A stretch of DNA of 64,000 nucleotides from Octopus sinensis (GCF_006345805.1 NC_042997.1:141484001-141548000); one strand, 5' to 3'. Positions 39,080-52,994 are shown, counted from the stretch's first letter. Made by a program: numbers and translations. Notes: a model not told the origin generated them from the letters alone.

Positions 39080-40878
39080 CCTTCGTAACACAGAGTAGGT
39101 CTTTAGTCATCTGTCAAGTCACAGCAAGGACATCAAACAGATAATACTTTCCTTAAGATGTGTGCTGTGCCCAATAAGGCTGCTTTTTGCAAGACATCAA
39201 TCTTGGAGTTGCCTTTAGAAGTTCTAAAGTTTCAATGAGGTTGAGCCCAACGCTCCGATCACTACTGGTATCACTTTTACATTACCTTCTCGCATTCCAT
39301 ACTGTCTTGCCATTTCCATTTTCAATTCGGAGTACTTGGTGATCGTTTCAACCTCTTTACTCACAACATTCATGTCATTTTAAATGGCTACATCAATGAT
39401 CTGTCAGTATTCGTCTCTCTCATTCTTTATGGTCAATATCCGACGGATTGATTACACGGTCCGTCTAAAAATCATAGTCCCAGAGTGTCGTTACTTTTCC
39501 ATCCTCCAGCATAACTTTACTTCTACATGCTCACACCAGTTCTCTGTTACTTCAGACTGATATTTACGGCATAAGAGCCAATGAAGATACAAGCACACTT
39601 TATCGTGGCGGCGCTTGTATTATTTTTGTGTAAGGCTTTCATATTCATTTACCAAGTGGATCACTTTTCCACGCTCTTTCCACAGAGTCTGCATTCCTGA
39701 GTGTCAGAAGTTTTATAGATGTTATACTTCATTGACTTAGTAGTGACAGCCTGGTCTTGTGCAGCAATGATCAGGCTTTCGGTGGTAAACTTCAAATCAC
39801 CTCACTCAAGCCATGCCCACGATGCTGTATTATCCTTAACGTCCTGTGTTTTCCTTTCAAACTGTCCATGTATTCTCATTTCAGGAAGGTCTTCCTTTCT
39901 CTTCTCTTCAGCTCTTTGATCAAACTCTTCCTTGCCCTTCATTTAATTTGTATTTACACCCATATCTTTCACGGAATATTGCAGCAGGTCTTCATCACTA
40001 TTAATCAAATACTCAGCAAGCCTTCTACTTTTATTCCTTATACAATGGTCTATACTAATTAGTCCTCTGTTGCCATTCTTTCTTTTCATAGACTGTCTGT
40101 TTACGTTTGCTTTAGGTTGTAGAGACCTATGCAGCGTCATCATCTTTCTCGTCTTTCTATCCAGTGTTGATATTTCCTCTTTATTCTATTTGAGGATGGG
40201 CGCACTATATCTGATAACCGCAACAGCCCAGATATTCATTGTGGTAACCCAATTTTTGGCATTCAGGTTGGATTTCAGCACCATCTTCACCATTTTTTTA
40301 TACGCCTCGCTGATCTTGAATTTCATTTCTCTGTGTAGAATATCGTTCAGCTCCCAAATCCCTAAATATCTATACCCACTACCGTCTGGTTAACCCATGG
40401 TCTCACCTGATGGTAACCGCAATCTTCTTCAGGCTGTTTACTTCCCTCTTTTCAGATTAAGTACTGAGCATTTGGTAATACCAAATTCCATACCGATGTC
40501 CCTACCACACTTCTGGACTGTTTTGATTAAGGAATCTATCTTATTTCAGATTTCCCAAACAATTTCAGGTCATCCATAAAGAGAAGATGGTTCAATGATG
40601 GGCCTTTTTTTTCCATATCGGTAACCCATCTTAACTTTCCTAAGTGTTATGGTTATGAGTATTAGTGAAATTACGAACAGTAACGGAGAAAACGAATCAC
40701 TTTTGAAGATATCCCTTTTAATATCTTCTCCAAGTAATACATTACTTGAGTACAATTTGGTTTTCCAATCTTTAATGCCTTGCGTCAGAAAATTTGTGAT
40801 ACTGTCAGCAAAACCAAACATCTGCAGGCATTCAACGATCCGAGAATGAGGCATCATATCATATGCCTTTTTGTACAT
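39080..40878 (-). mobile_element. R4/Dong-clade (RLE) LINE, 5'-truncated copy 2
   Basis: RT motifs YKKAYDMMPH, DSFSPLLF, MDDLKL and YRYLGI, then AAQDQAVTT, CRLC, YKRRHDKV and LQKAALLGTAHILRKVL. Multiple frameshifts. Confidence 0.92.
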
Positions 40879-41056
40879 AGTATTGTTCTAGAGAATGTTT
40901 AAGAAAACGTAAGAAAATTATGAGTTTGTTTTAAAATTTGAGATTATATAGAGAGTATATGGGCAGTTCCCATGAGCACTATCATTTGAATTTCTAGTTG
41001 TTGTTCTTCTTCTTCTTCTTATTATTATTATTATCATTATTATTATTATTATTATT

Positions 41057-41294
41057 TTACTTTTTAATCTGCATCTTTGTTACAGTCACTTGCCGAAACA
41101 CACCCAGCGTCCTGGGGCGAGTGAAGGATAAGAGATGTTACAATATGACTGAAAGCTTGGGGAGGGGAGGTAGTGAAATAACTTTATGTAATACAACAGA
41201 GACATTTAAATGGATAGGGTTTCTCTATGGATGTGGGCAGTACATGTCAGCACAATCTTTTGGATTTGTCCGAGACATGGTTCACCTGGGATCT
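41057..41294 (-). mobile_element. R4/Dong-clade LINE 3' tip, copy 3, inside (TAA)n
   Basis: IPGEPCLGQIQKIVLTCTAHIHRETLSI* plus 3' UTR; (TTA)n on both sides. Confidence 0.82.
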
Positions 41295-41315
41295 TATAAT
41301 AATGCTTATTATTAC

Positions 41316-41377
<62 letters not shown>

Positions 41378-41411
41378 AAAGGGTGCGAGCCGGCAGAATC
41401 GTTAGCACGTA

Positions 41412-42273
41412 TTTTCCCACGAGAGTTCCGGACCACAGTTATGAACTTATTTGCATACAGCCAATCAGAGCTCAACTATGAAACTAATTTATGAGTGCAT
41501 AAGTAATGGAGGATAAGATGAGGTCACTTGGGCAAGGAATGACCACGCTTCTTTTCTCTTTTAATAATGCTTGTTGTTCTTGTTCTTGTTTCAACCATGG
41601 CTGTCTCTGCATAGTTATTTGTGTTGTCGTTTACTTTGTAAAACAGTAAGGGGAGAGGGTTGCTAGTACATCACCCGCTACCCACATTTTTCCTATCTAC
41701 ATCTTTACCATTTGGGGCTCTGACAAGATCCGATAATAGGTAAAGATACAAATCTATCTAATTACTTGTCTCCTTCTAAAATCAGGCTTAACTTGGCGAT
41801 CGGTCGACTTACAACACCGTTCTTCGTCTTGAGTTTACTTGGTAGAGTGTGTTCTACCAAGAGATTCACTGTTTTTAACACATGCACGAATGTCATATTG
41901 GGCTTTGCGTCTAGGCATAATCTGGACGGAACCTTTCCTTTCACACTTTTCAAACATTCCTTCAACGGTCTACCTGCACCAATGCGGTTTCTGCCACCAC
42001 TAACCATCATTCTTTTGGATGCTGCAGCTTTTTGCACATTAATTGTCTTTATACTGACTAGAGATTTTTCGCTAACCAGCTTATATGTTCAGTATCGATG
42101 ATATTGGCATCTGAATGAAAGCACAATACAAGATTCGCATGGCAATCGGAGATCGCCATTGTCAATACCAACCTTTGTTAACTTGACAACAAAGCCAAAG
42201 TGAGCTCTGATTGGGTCTAGGCAAATGAGTTCATTACCGGGGTCCGGAACTCTCGTGGGAAAAATTTCGCCCG
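41412..42273 (-). mobile_element. Unclassified TIR element (~65-bp TIRs) inserted in a SINE A head
   Basis: ttttcccacgagagttccggacc...ccaatcagagctca at 41412-41474 is inverted at ~42201-42263. SINE head 41381-41409 resumes at ~42274. Confidence 0.8.
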
Positions 42274-42472
42274 TAGGCAAAATGCTTAGCGGTGTTTCGT
42301 CTGCCGCTACGTTCAGAGTTCAAATTCCGCCGAGGTCGACTTTGCCTTTCATCCTTCGGGGTCGATTAAATAAGTACTAGTTACGCACTGTGATCGATGT
42401 AATTGATTAGCTCCCTTCCCCAAAAATTTTCAAGGCCTTGTGCCTATCGTAAAAATAATAACAATAATAATA

Positions 42473-42503
<31 letters not shown>

Positions 42504-42620
42504 TATTATTATTATTATTATTATTACATTATTATTATTATTGTTATTATTATTATTATTATTATTATTACATCATCATTATTATTATTATTATTATTAT
42601 GATTATTATTATTATTATTT
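42274..42620 (+). mobile_element. Remainder of split SINE A plus (TAA)/(ATT)n tract
   Basis: ggcaaaatgcttagcggtgtttcgtctgccg... continues the head at 41381-41409. Confidence 0.88.
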
Positions 42621-43754
42621 AAGTCGTGAAGAAGCTGTAAAGAACAGTAGACATTGCATTAGCAGAACTTCATAGATGATGTTGATGTAAATAATGTTCA
42701 ACTACAAATATTGAATGACTTGGGCGAGGGTTCGGAAACTACTCTGATAATATCAGAACATAGTTAAGTAATGGTAGAAGATATCGAAGATAGTGTGACG
42801 AATGGATGTGGTTGCAGAATGTTGATATACATGTATTTGCCAATTAGTCAAATAGACATGTTTTACAGATGATCTAAAATACGTTCGTTTGTGTGAGTGA
42901 GCGAGTGAGTAAGTGAGTGTGTATGTGTGTGTGTGAGAGAGAGAGAGAGAGCGAGAGAGAGAAAGAGGCATTACACTGAATGCAGGTAATACATATTAGG
43001 TCCACCTGAACAAAAGAGGTTAGATATAAAGAACAAGTATAAAAATAACGTAAGACACTCTAGAAATATTCATGCTCAGCTGATACAATAAATACGTTAT
43101 AAAAACGGTAAATAACATCACTCTGACAAGATGTCGACACTTCAAACAAAGCTTTACTAAGCTACCTACAAATCAATTTTGCAAACAAGGATGATACTGT
43201 CAGGTAACAAACAGGTGTCAGTGAGCCTGATCCGTTTATTTTAGCAAATAAAGTTATCTCTATCGTACCTTATCTTCTTCGAAAAGGATTACGTGTCATT
43301 TTTTTTTTTCGTTTTGATCTTCAGCCATGGACAAAATGGTGAATGTGTTTAGCTTTCTTTTTGTTCTTTTTGTTGTTGATGTTGTTGCTGTTTTTATTCT
43401 TAAGGGATGGACAAAATGATGAAATACCACGCAAGATATATCCATTAACACCATGTTTAAATATGCTACAAGGACTACCCAAAACAATATCTCTTCTCTT
43501 GCATTGATGTTTTTAACTAAAATTCAACTATTCGTTAATTCTACCAGTATAAAACTTGTCTTCATTTCAACATATCCAGTAGGAAAACATTTTACCTGTT
43601 CAGTAATTCTTATTATCATGACTTCAAGGCATGATATACAGAGTGCGAGGGGTATTTGAGAACACTTATGTATTAGTATATTACTCTCTTCAAAACAATT
43701 AAAAGTCTTTTTCTTTAGATCCCCGCATGTCAAATCGCATCTTTCCACGGGATC

Positions 43755-44253
43755 TTAGGATTAATACTCTGAGGTGCTGGAGAGAGTTGTTAAGCTCTTT
43801 ATGGATGAATTACCCAGTAAAAGATCATGTAAACTTCAGTAATAGTCAGCAGCTTCTCACAAAGTCCGCGCAACCCAAGAATGGATATTAGACAATCATT
43901 AAAGCCATGTAATACTAAACTCACGACCTCCAAACTGGCAAGATTTAAATCCCAAGGACTTCTGCATTTGGAATGTTGTTGAAACGGAGACTAATCGACA
44001 TCCTCATAATGCCATAACTTCACTGAAATTATCCAGATCATGTTCGAAATAAATAAGGACAATTTAATGCAGGCGCATCAATTATTCCAGTTCCACATTG
44101 AAGTGGTCACCGAAACCGAAGGCAGATTCATAGAATAATTTTATAAGAAAGCTTATAAAAAATATGTGTACAATTCTTTATTAAAATGCATTTGGTTTCT
44201 GCTAGGCTAGAGTTGTTTTATTAGCTTACTACATTTGTTCGCACTACCACTCG
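43755..44253 (+). mobile_element. DD37D (maT-type) Tc1/mariner 3' relic
   Basis: LQ**SAASHKVRATQEW...PPNWQDLNPKDFCIW: 37 residues between the inferred second D position (now a stop) and the third D. Putative TIR ending accactcg|TA at 44254-44255. Confidence 0.78.
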
Positions 44254-44742
44254 TATTCTGTATACGAAGATTTTACACAAACAGAGCATCACCTAGGAGG
44301 CATAAAATCATGATTCCCAAAAGAGAGTTCGATGATCGATCTAGTTCATTTCTCACAAACTTTCAGCCGTTTCCTAAAACCGTCTGACACGTCTGTCCAC
44401 CATTGGCAGCAAATCCTCTTCAGTTTCAGTATTCGGTATTCGGTATTCTGAAACTTACTTCCCACTTTGTCATTTACATTCTTTGTATTATTTTGTAACT
44501 TCAAATTTTATAGGAAGGATTGGTGTAGCTGACAAATTGCATCGAATGACTAAACTATTAGTATAGTGTGTTACAGGGATTGGTCAATTCGTGTAGCTGT
44601 CATTTCCAGATGAGATTCTGCGTCGGATTTATCACACAGCCAAATTTAGTTTAGTACAAGTAAATTTCAACACATTAAGAGAGAGAGATGACTAGAATAT
44701 ACAGTGGCTTTACGTACCTTCACAAATATACTGAATATAAAC

Positions 44743-44744
<2 letters not shown>

Positions 44745-44775
<31 letters not shown>

Positions 44776-45003
44776 TGTATGTATGTATGTATGTATGTAT
44801 GTATGCATGTATGTATTTATGCATGTATGTATGTACGTATGTATGTAGGAATGTATGTATGCATGTACGCATGCATGCATGTATGTATGTATATATGTAT
44901 GTAGATATAGATGTATGTACATTCATATGTATGTATGTGTCTCTCTCACGCGCGCTTCGTATGTGTCTATACATACATACATACAACATACATACCTACA
45001 TAC

Positions 45004-45096
<93 letters not shown>

Positions 45097-45097
45097 C
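44745..45097. repeat. (TATG)n, (CATA)n and (TA)n field
   Basis: Direct reading. Confidence 0.96.
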
Positions 45098-45839
45098 ACT
45101 ATCATATAGTACTTGGCGTTTTATTCGGTTACTCTATATAATCATTCAATGAATTAAACATTTGTTCGATTATTGGACATGTCGCGCCCCATAATCCAGC
45201 ATGAATATTGCATTAGTTCGTTGCTTTAAAGCACTTTAGATTAATGGCATGACCTCGATCCGATCTATATTGCCTGCTAAGACAACACTGGTTTTACAAT
45301 GCTTTCATCTTTAACGCTATTTGCATCACTTAACATTGTTGACGTCTGGACAGATTTTGAGAAAAATTCTGACATCTCGACTGTCCCATTATCAGTAATA
45401 CGCAGCCTACATAAGAAAGAAAAAACAACAAACCAACAACTTTTGACAGAAGAGGTTTAAGTGATCTCGATCTCCATCGAAATAATTGGAAAACATAATG
45501 TCGGTTTCTTGAATTAAGCGTCCTAAGTTCGCATGTTATCACTCACTAACCCTGCTCTCAATCGCTGCGTAGAATATGAAAGCAGATCAAATAACTACCA
45601 CTACTTCTACGACGACGACTACTGATGTTAATAATGGTGATGATGTGGTGTATAGACAGTGTCTGTGGTATCCAGCTCCTCTGTTCATAACGACGGGTAG
45701 TAGAGAACTCGGCGATGCAAACTAATGAAACACGTGTAATTTTAATAACGTCGCCAACGCTTGAAGCTACAGGGTGTTCTGTGATATCATAACTGCCTGC
45801 AACTCAGTGGACTGAGCTGCACCGACCTAAGTGTCCTAC

Positions 45840-46057
45840 TAACAATTTCAAATTTTGCCCCAATTTTAGATGGAGAATGTTAGTCACTTACATCAACCCC
45901 AGCGATCAACTGGTACTTTATTTCATCGATCCCGAAAAAGATGAAAACCAAAGTCGATCACGGCAAGTCGGCATAATTTGAACACAGAACATACAGGGCT
46001 GGAAGAAATGCTGACAATTTTCCTGACGCGTTAACGATTTTGCCAGCTCACCGCTTT
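45840..46057 (-). mobile_element. Diverged SINE A copy
   Basis: Ends aacgattttgccagctcaccgc. Confidence 0.8.
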
Positions 46058-46184
46058 ATTAAGAGTCTTATCACCCGAGAATGCGTATCACCAACTCTCT
46101 CAACTTGGCAACCTGAACCTCTTAAAAGTTTGCATAAAGCATACATTGCAGTATTTCCCGCTAATTTATTTATTAGCATGAAAG

Positions 46185-46520
46185 TGCATAGCTCAGTAAT
46201 TAGAGCGTCAGGCTTATAATCATTGAGATTGTAAGTTGGATTCCCAGCCTGTGCAATGTGTTGTGTTCTTGAGCTAGACACTTTATTATTCGTTGTTTTA
46301 ATTCATTCAATTGCAGAAATGTTTTGCGACGCCACTGGTGCCAAGCCATATCGGCCTTTGCCTTTCCCCTTGTACAACATAGGTGGCATAGAAAGGGGCG
46401 GCTGGTATGCATGGGAGACTGTTGGTCTTCCACAAACAACACTGCCCGGATTTGTGCATCGGAGGAGACATTTCTAAGTGCAATTCCATGGTCATTCGTG
46501 ATCGAGGGGTTCTTTACCTT
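46185..46520 (+). mobile_element. SINE C-type head with a different tail
   Basis: tagctcagtaattagagc...gttggattccc...gtgttcttgagctagacacttta, then an unrelated 3' part. Confidence 0.72.
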
Positions 46521-47044
46521 TTTATTTTTTGTCAACTCGGTTGCGAAGTGCTTAGCAAAGTGGAAGATAATCTGGGTGTTTGGTGAGTTGTTTGACCAGA
46601 CTAAATTCACTCCAAAGAGAAAACATTTTATGAACTCTTAACACCTGAGATGATTTTGAAACTTGGAAATCGCAATAATAATCCGTTGTATCCCTTTAAC
46701 ATAGATACTTATTGTACTTTTACACATACTTATTGTACTTATATACAATGTCACAATTTGAGCCCTAAGCTCCAGATGGGGTCATAATGGCAGCGTTATG
46801 ATAGGCGGCATGTTTTGAGCCTTTTAAACTAAACAGGTACAATCCGAATCTAACCACCATTGATATCTTTCAGAGATAAATAGAAGGTAGAGAAGAATTG
46901 ATCTTAGCACATGACTGATATTTTAGTTATCGAGACGGAAAGGTTGAAGGATCGAGTGGACCACGATAGGATTTTAATACAGAAGGATGGTGGGTAGAAA
47001 TGAATTACGCAAAACATTCCTCCTTTCACTATTCTCCGCTCACT

Positions 47045-47405
47045 ATTCCTGAAAGGAAATCCGTGGGGATAGAGACGTCATGCACATCCTCCCTGCGGTC
47101 CTATCTTAACCAACCATCATTACACTTACCAGCAGGATTCTCAAGCGGGACCAACTGAGATTATGGATATTACCCAATCGTCAAGTACTTGGCCTATTCC
47201 TCGGTCTCGTCTCCTATCGATTGCCGTAGTACTGAAGCTGCGACGTTGCAATGCAGAGACGTAGTGGCTCGATCTGGTGAAACTCACAGATCTCCGAGCA
47301 ACGCACTCTGTCGGGTAACGTCACTCTAGAAGATCCTTCGACGGAATCTTATTTCGGCTCTTTGTTTTAGCAATCGCATTCTTTCGTTCATTACCCAAAT
47401 TTCAA
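47045..47405 (-). mobile_element. RTE-clade (Rex3/Expander-like) LINE 3' fragment
   Basis: Frameshifted EIWVMNERMR, AEIRFRRRI, VTLPDRVRCSEICEFHQIEPLRLCIATSQLQYYG. Confidence 0.8.
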
Positions 47406-47724
47406 GTCTGGCTTTTTCTAGGATTTGAATTTAAAACCTATAGCGCCGTAATTAAATGGTCCGGGACAATTTTGATCGATGCTCTAACGATTCTGCAAAT
47501 CCACCGCTTTTCTAAATTATCATACAAATGATTTTTAAATTTGAAACGAAGCAATAAATTCGTGGAGCGGAAGGAATGTTATCAATTGGCGATACCACAG
47601 TATATCACAGGTACTTATTCGTTCAATTCATTTTTTTTTTAAACGTAGCAAAAATAATAAAGATTCTTATTAAATATTTTATATATAATTTTGTTCCTAC
47701 TCGCCATCGGATTAAGGTGAATTC

Positions 47725-47890
47725 CCCAGTGGTTAGAACGGGCGGTGTTTTGTGTTCTTGAGCAAAACACTTTATTTTACGTTTCTACAGTCCACTCAGT
47801 TGCAAATGACTGGCGTTCTGTTCAGGTTGTTTGTTGTGATCTCAGTCACTTCTAGGCCAAGAAACCCGAGTAACTGACCCTATGATCCCT
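47725..47890 (+). mobile_element. Degenerate SINE C-type copy
   Basis: gtgttcttgagcaaaacactttattt...cagtccactcag...gactggcgttctgttcagg. Confidence 0.65.
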
Positions 47891-49024
47891 AGGAATCGAA
47901 ACAGTGCTTATTACTCCTAATGAGTTCAAATTACACCGATGTCTACTTCGCCTTTCCTTAAAATAAGTGCTTGTTATATGCCGCTTCAATCTAGTATACA
48001 CTTCTACAAATATATAGTTCTATGATTGCATCAAAAATATAATTATCCAACCGAGAGTACAGTAAAGTTTGGTCGCAATCATGTGAGTTATTCTTGTATA
48101 AATAAAATGATAGTCGCTTAACATATAGGTTAAAATTTGAGGGAATAACTAGATTATGTCGTACACATAATGTGCGTTCTGATTGAGAACGTTTTATTCC
48201 CTGTCACATGGATGTTTAACTTCTGACAAATCCAACATTTGATATTTTGAGAATTTTTTTTCCTTATAATAACAATATTGCTCAGTGTCGTGGCGATAAA
48301 TAGTTTTTGCTTCAATATTTTTGTGAGGCTTTTTTCTTCTATACTGTTCGTAGGTATTTATACTATGATAACCAAAAATAGTATTTTCTGCTGAATACGT
48401 TTTTTCGCTTGACAGAATACGATATTCGTCTGACTGACCAAAACGTTTTGCCTAGCTAAGCACAGTGCACAAACATTTTAATGCAACAATTTCTTGACAA
48501 TATAAAAGAAAATCTTTAAAAATACATAATGTTTCCGAGAAGTATAACTTCTTAAACAAAATTTACGCGCTGGTCTTAAGCTTATCAGGAAAAATAAGTC
48601 GAGATTGAAAACAAAAGTTTTTAGTAGTTTTGACAAGTTTTCGAAGTGAGGCAGAATCAATAACGTATATAGAAGTTTGTCACAGACCTATATACTTAAA
48701 TATGTTTGGATGTCATTCAGCTTGAGATCTTTTATCGGAATTAGACAAACTAAAACTTAATAAAAACACAATTGATGATATAGACATACATAACACATAA
48801 GTTGCAATTTTCAAAATAAAAAGTACAAAAAAATAGCGATAATGGAAAATATAATACTCAGCAGTCGAATAACAGTTTTTTGTTTGGTTTTTGTCTTGTT
48901 CTGTTTTTGTCTAGATGATATATCTCTGTTTCAATGAGAGATCAAATGTGACTGGTTAAATTATATCTTAGAAGATAACTGCAAAAATAATATAAAGTAT
49001 ACGCGCACATACATACATATGGGC

Positions 49025-49327
<303 letters not shown>

Positions 49328-49668
49328 CACGATAAAAATAACCACTTGTTTGCACTCAATATACTAATACTTCTGAGTAAGCGCTGGTGGCGAGGGGTTG
49401 GGAGAATTCTCTGAATATACATAAAAGACAGAATGGAATAAAAAAGAACAAGAGAATTAACGTGTATTGGAGAGTCGTTGAAGAGGTCACAGGATGTGTG
49501 ACGAACGACCTCAGACAAAGGACACTAAAATAAAAACAATGAGGAAGCCGAAGTGAAGAATGAATATATAGTATGTGTCTTTATTTGGCAAAATATGACC
49601 ATCACGAAATATAATTATATGCTCGCACACATACACACACACATGCATATATATATGTATATATATAT

Positions 49669-49704
<36 letters not shown>

Positions 49705-49739
49705 GCATGTATATGTATGTATGATATATATAAAATAAT

Positions 49740-50085
49740 AGTTTCAAATTGTCGCACAAGGCCAGCAATTTCGATGGAGTGCATAAGTCGATTATATCGA
49801 ACTCAATGATTAACTGGTTTTTATTGACCCCGAAAGGATGAAAGACAAAGCCGACCTCGGTGGAATTTGAACTCAGAGCGTAAAGACAGACGAAATACCT
49901 ATTTCTTTACTACTCACAAGGGGCTAAACACAGAGAGGACTAACAAGGACAGACAAACGGGTTAATTCGATTATACCTACACCAGTGCGTAACTGGTACT
50001 TATTTAATCGACGCCGAAAGGATGAAAGACAAAATCGACCTCGGCAGAATTTGAACTTAGAACGTAGCGGCAGACGAAATACCGG
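49740..50085 (-). mobile_element. SINE A dimer, 5'-truncated
   Basis: Contains the dimer junction gacgaaatacctatttctttac. Confidence 0.88.
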
Positions 50086-51589
50086 TAGGGTGTGTGTCTT
50101 GTGGGTTTGTGGGTAGGCTGTGATGCAGGCGTAAGAGAATATATTCTCTCGAATTTGTTTGGTGTTAAAACACCTGAAAGTCATAGACAAGAGAGATAAC
50201 TGGCCTCGTTTCGAGTACTCGGTATTGACAAGTATTGATAGGATGACGAAACATTAATGTCTATCGCGTAAATTGGGTCAACGAAGTGGAACAACAAATT
50301 GGAATATTTAAAGATGGATGGAGAAGACAAAGTATGGTGGATTTTAAGTGAGACTATCCTTCTCCGTTATGTATTTATGTGTACATTTGAATGCATTATA
50401 CCTGAATCCTTTCACATATATGCACCATATAGACTCATACACACACAGCACACACAACAACAAAACAATTCATGTACACGCACACACACACACACACACA
50501 CACACCAAATAACACTTACTGCAAACACATTCACTCACACATACAAAAGCTGAAAATTTAAACAACTTATAACATACTAACATATACACACGCACACGCA
50601 TTCTTCAAACAACGCAACCATACTTATGCACACACATACACAACTCTTTCCTCCCCCCCACTCTCTCACAGCACTCTAATGCACATCACATAGCACAATC
50701 CCCCTCCCCAACAAAAAATAACAATATGTATATGCAAAACAAAATTCGAAAAACTAATCTACACGCGAAAAAGAAAGAGAGTAAACATATATGCACGATT
50801 TCAAAAACCAAAGTTCATATTTAGATACAAACACCCACATGCTCACACACATACATACACAAGCACATACACACACACACACATACATAACATACATACA
50901 TACATACATACACAAACTGCAACAAAAATGATTTACACATAGGCACATATGTGCGGAGAACATACGCAATATACGCGCAACGACTATACACTTATTCACA
51001 CTCACACACACCAGAAGCAACGCAAACAGATGCGGAAACACAGAAATTCAGCACACTTTCCTACATTCCATTTTATATATATATATATATATATATTATA
51101 CACTGTTACATAACAACAGATGTCGCAAACATATACACACATACAGATTGCACACACTCAGCACTCTCACATATGCGCACTTACCACAAATACATTCACA
51201 AACACATACGTATACACAATAAATCTGACACACAGCACACGAGCACAAACAAACCCAAACATGCTGAATGCTATCACACAGCGTAAGCATTGAAATATAA
51301 ACATGATAAAAATGCACAGCTCCAAAACAAATTATTAACACGCTTCTGCATTCATATACACGCGTACATAAACGCGCATGCTCACACCATGCCAACACTT
51401 TCGTTAAATTATTTCTTTATTCGTCATGTCCGATTTATTTCAAAATGTCAATGAAGTGAATTAACTCGTGTTATAATCTTTCCTCTTTTTTTCCACGGTG
51501 CATATTGTATCTTTCCGTTGTTTTACACCATTTTGTCATGTACTTTCATTGAGGTGAGTGATTTACGTCCGAAACGTGGAAGACAAATA

Positions 51590-51690
51590 GTTATTTCCTG
51601 CGAAGTACTGAGGTCGATAAATATTCTTCAAGGTGGTGCCCCAGCACAGCCGCAGTCTGATGAGTGAAACGAGTAAAAAATAAAAGATAA
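51590..51690 (+). mobile_element. SINE B 3' fragment
   Basis: agtactgaggtcgat...caaggtggtgccccagcacagccgcagtc. Confidence 0.7.
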
Positions 51691-52089
51691 ATACATATAT
51701 ATTCATGTATGTATGTACGTATGTGTGTTTGTGTGTGTGTGTGAGTAATTCGTGTAAAATCCACATAACGTGCCATTAACAGCCCTTATGTCGTTATATG
51801 GCTGCTGTATGTTATCCTACAGTAGGGCTGGATACACATATAGAACTCATCCTTGCATAAGATTAATACATCCGTTATAACAAGAAAGTTTCGGCCTCTC
51901 AACAGTCATCGGTCAGCTTGATGGCAGCCACTATCCTAAAACTTCGAAGTCACTGTCAGCTTTTTCCTTGTAAAATTAATATGTGCTACACGAAATGTTT
52001 GGTGTAATATTTTTAGTTTTATAAGTAATGTAACAAAAACAAACATAAATACGTATATGAATCTATTAATGCATGCCGTTGTGTTTGTA

Positions 52090-52300
52090 CAGTGGCGGAC
52101 TGGCCAGGTTGCCAGCTTGCCCTATGGCGAGTGGGCCCCTGCGACATTAGAATCCATATGTGGGACCCATGCTAGTATCTAAGAGGCCCATCCCTCAAGT
52201 TTGAGAATTTTTATTTCACTCCTGGAAGAATGCATTGATTATTTTAGCTTGGCTGTGTTTGTGACAGTTGAAAAGAATACTTTTAACAAAATAAATTAAA
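52090..52300 (+). mobile_element. hAT-like terminus and remnant
   Basis: cagtggcggactggcc start with GC-rich gggccc subterminal motifs; other end not seen. Confidence 0.5.
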
Positions 52301-52494
52301 TGATAAGTTTTGCCTTTCATCCTTTCAGGATCAATGAAGTAAAGAACCATTCAAGTACTGGGGTTGATGTAGTTGACTTATCTACTCCCCATACATTTCA
52401 AGTCTTGTGCCTATATTAGAAACATTATTGGACTATTACACTGTTGGGTGACCATCGCTGGGAGCAGTAGCTCAGGAGGCCGAGAACGGTTTCC

Positions 52495-52880
52495 TTCTCT
52501 CTCGTTCTGAAGATTCTCAGGATCCAACAACCAGCCGTCTGCACTTTGTCACCATCTTGGTAATGCGCACGTGGAAAGATATCTCATCACTCATGTCGAT
52601 ACCTACTGATTTAGGTTCTGGGATTGTAATCCCCTGTGGGCCAGTGTACCCTGTAAGTTTTACGTTCAGTTTTGGGCGCTGGTAGCACAGGGCTTGAAAG
52701 TTTCCAGCATTAAACTGCATATTATTGTCCTCAGCTCATCCGTAAATTGGGTCCATCTCCTACTGAAATTGTGCAACATTTCTTGGGTTTTGTATTTTCT
52801 GCGAGACTTTCGTATTGTCTGCGTAGCTAGCAAGGGTGGCTATCCAGGTAGTTGAGGGCGTATCTGAGAGGGCTACTATA
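52495..52880 (-). mobile_element. CR1/L2-group LINE RT fragment
   Basis: LASYADNTKVSQKI (cf. YADDTK) and AEDNNMQFNAGNFQALCY. Confidence 0.82.
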
Positions 52881-52962
52881 TACCTTCTCAAATCTAAATC
52901 TCTTGAGCACTACGAAGTATATTCTATACAGGGAATACCTGTCTCTAATCTCTCACTCTCTG

Positions 52963-52994
<32 letters not shown>

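Noticed and set aside
51655-51678. ctgatgagtgaaacgagta resembling a hammerhead core
   Set aside because: No stem II; it is a mutated SINE B tail (gtcaaatgactgaaacaagta).
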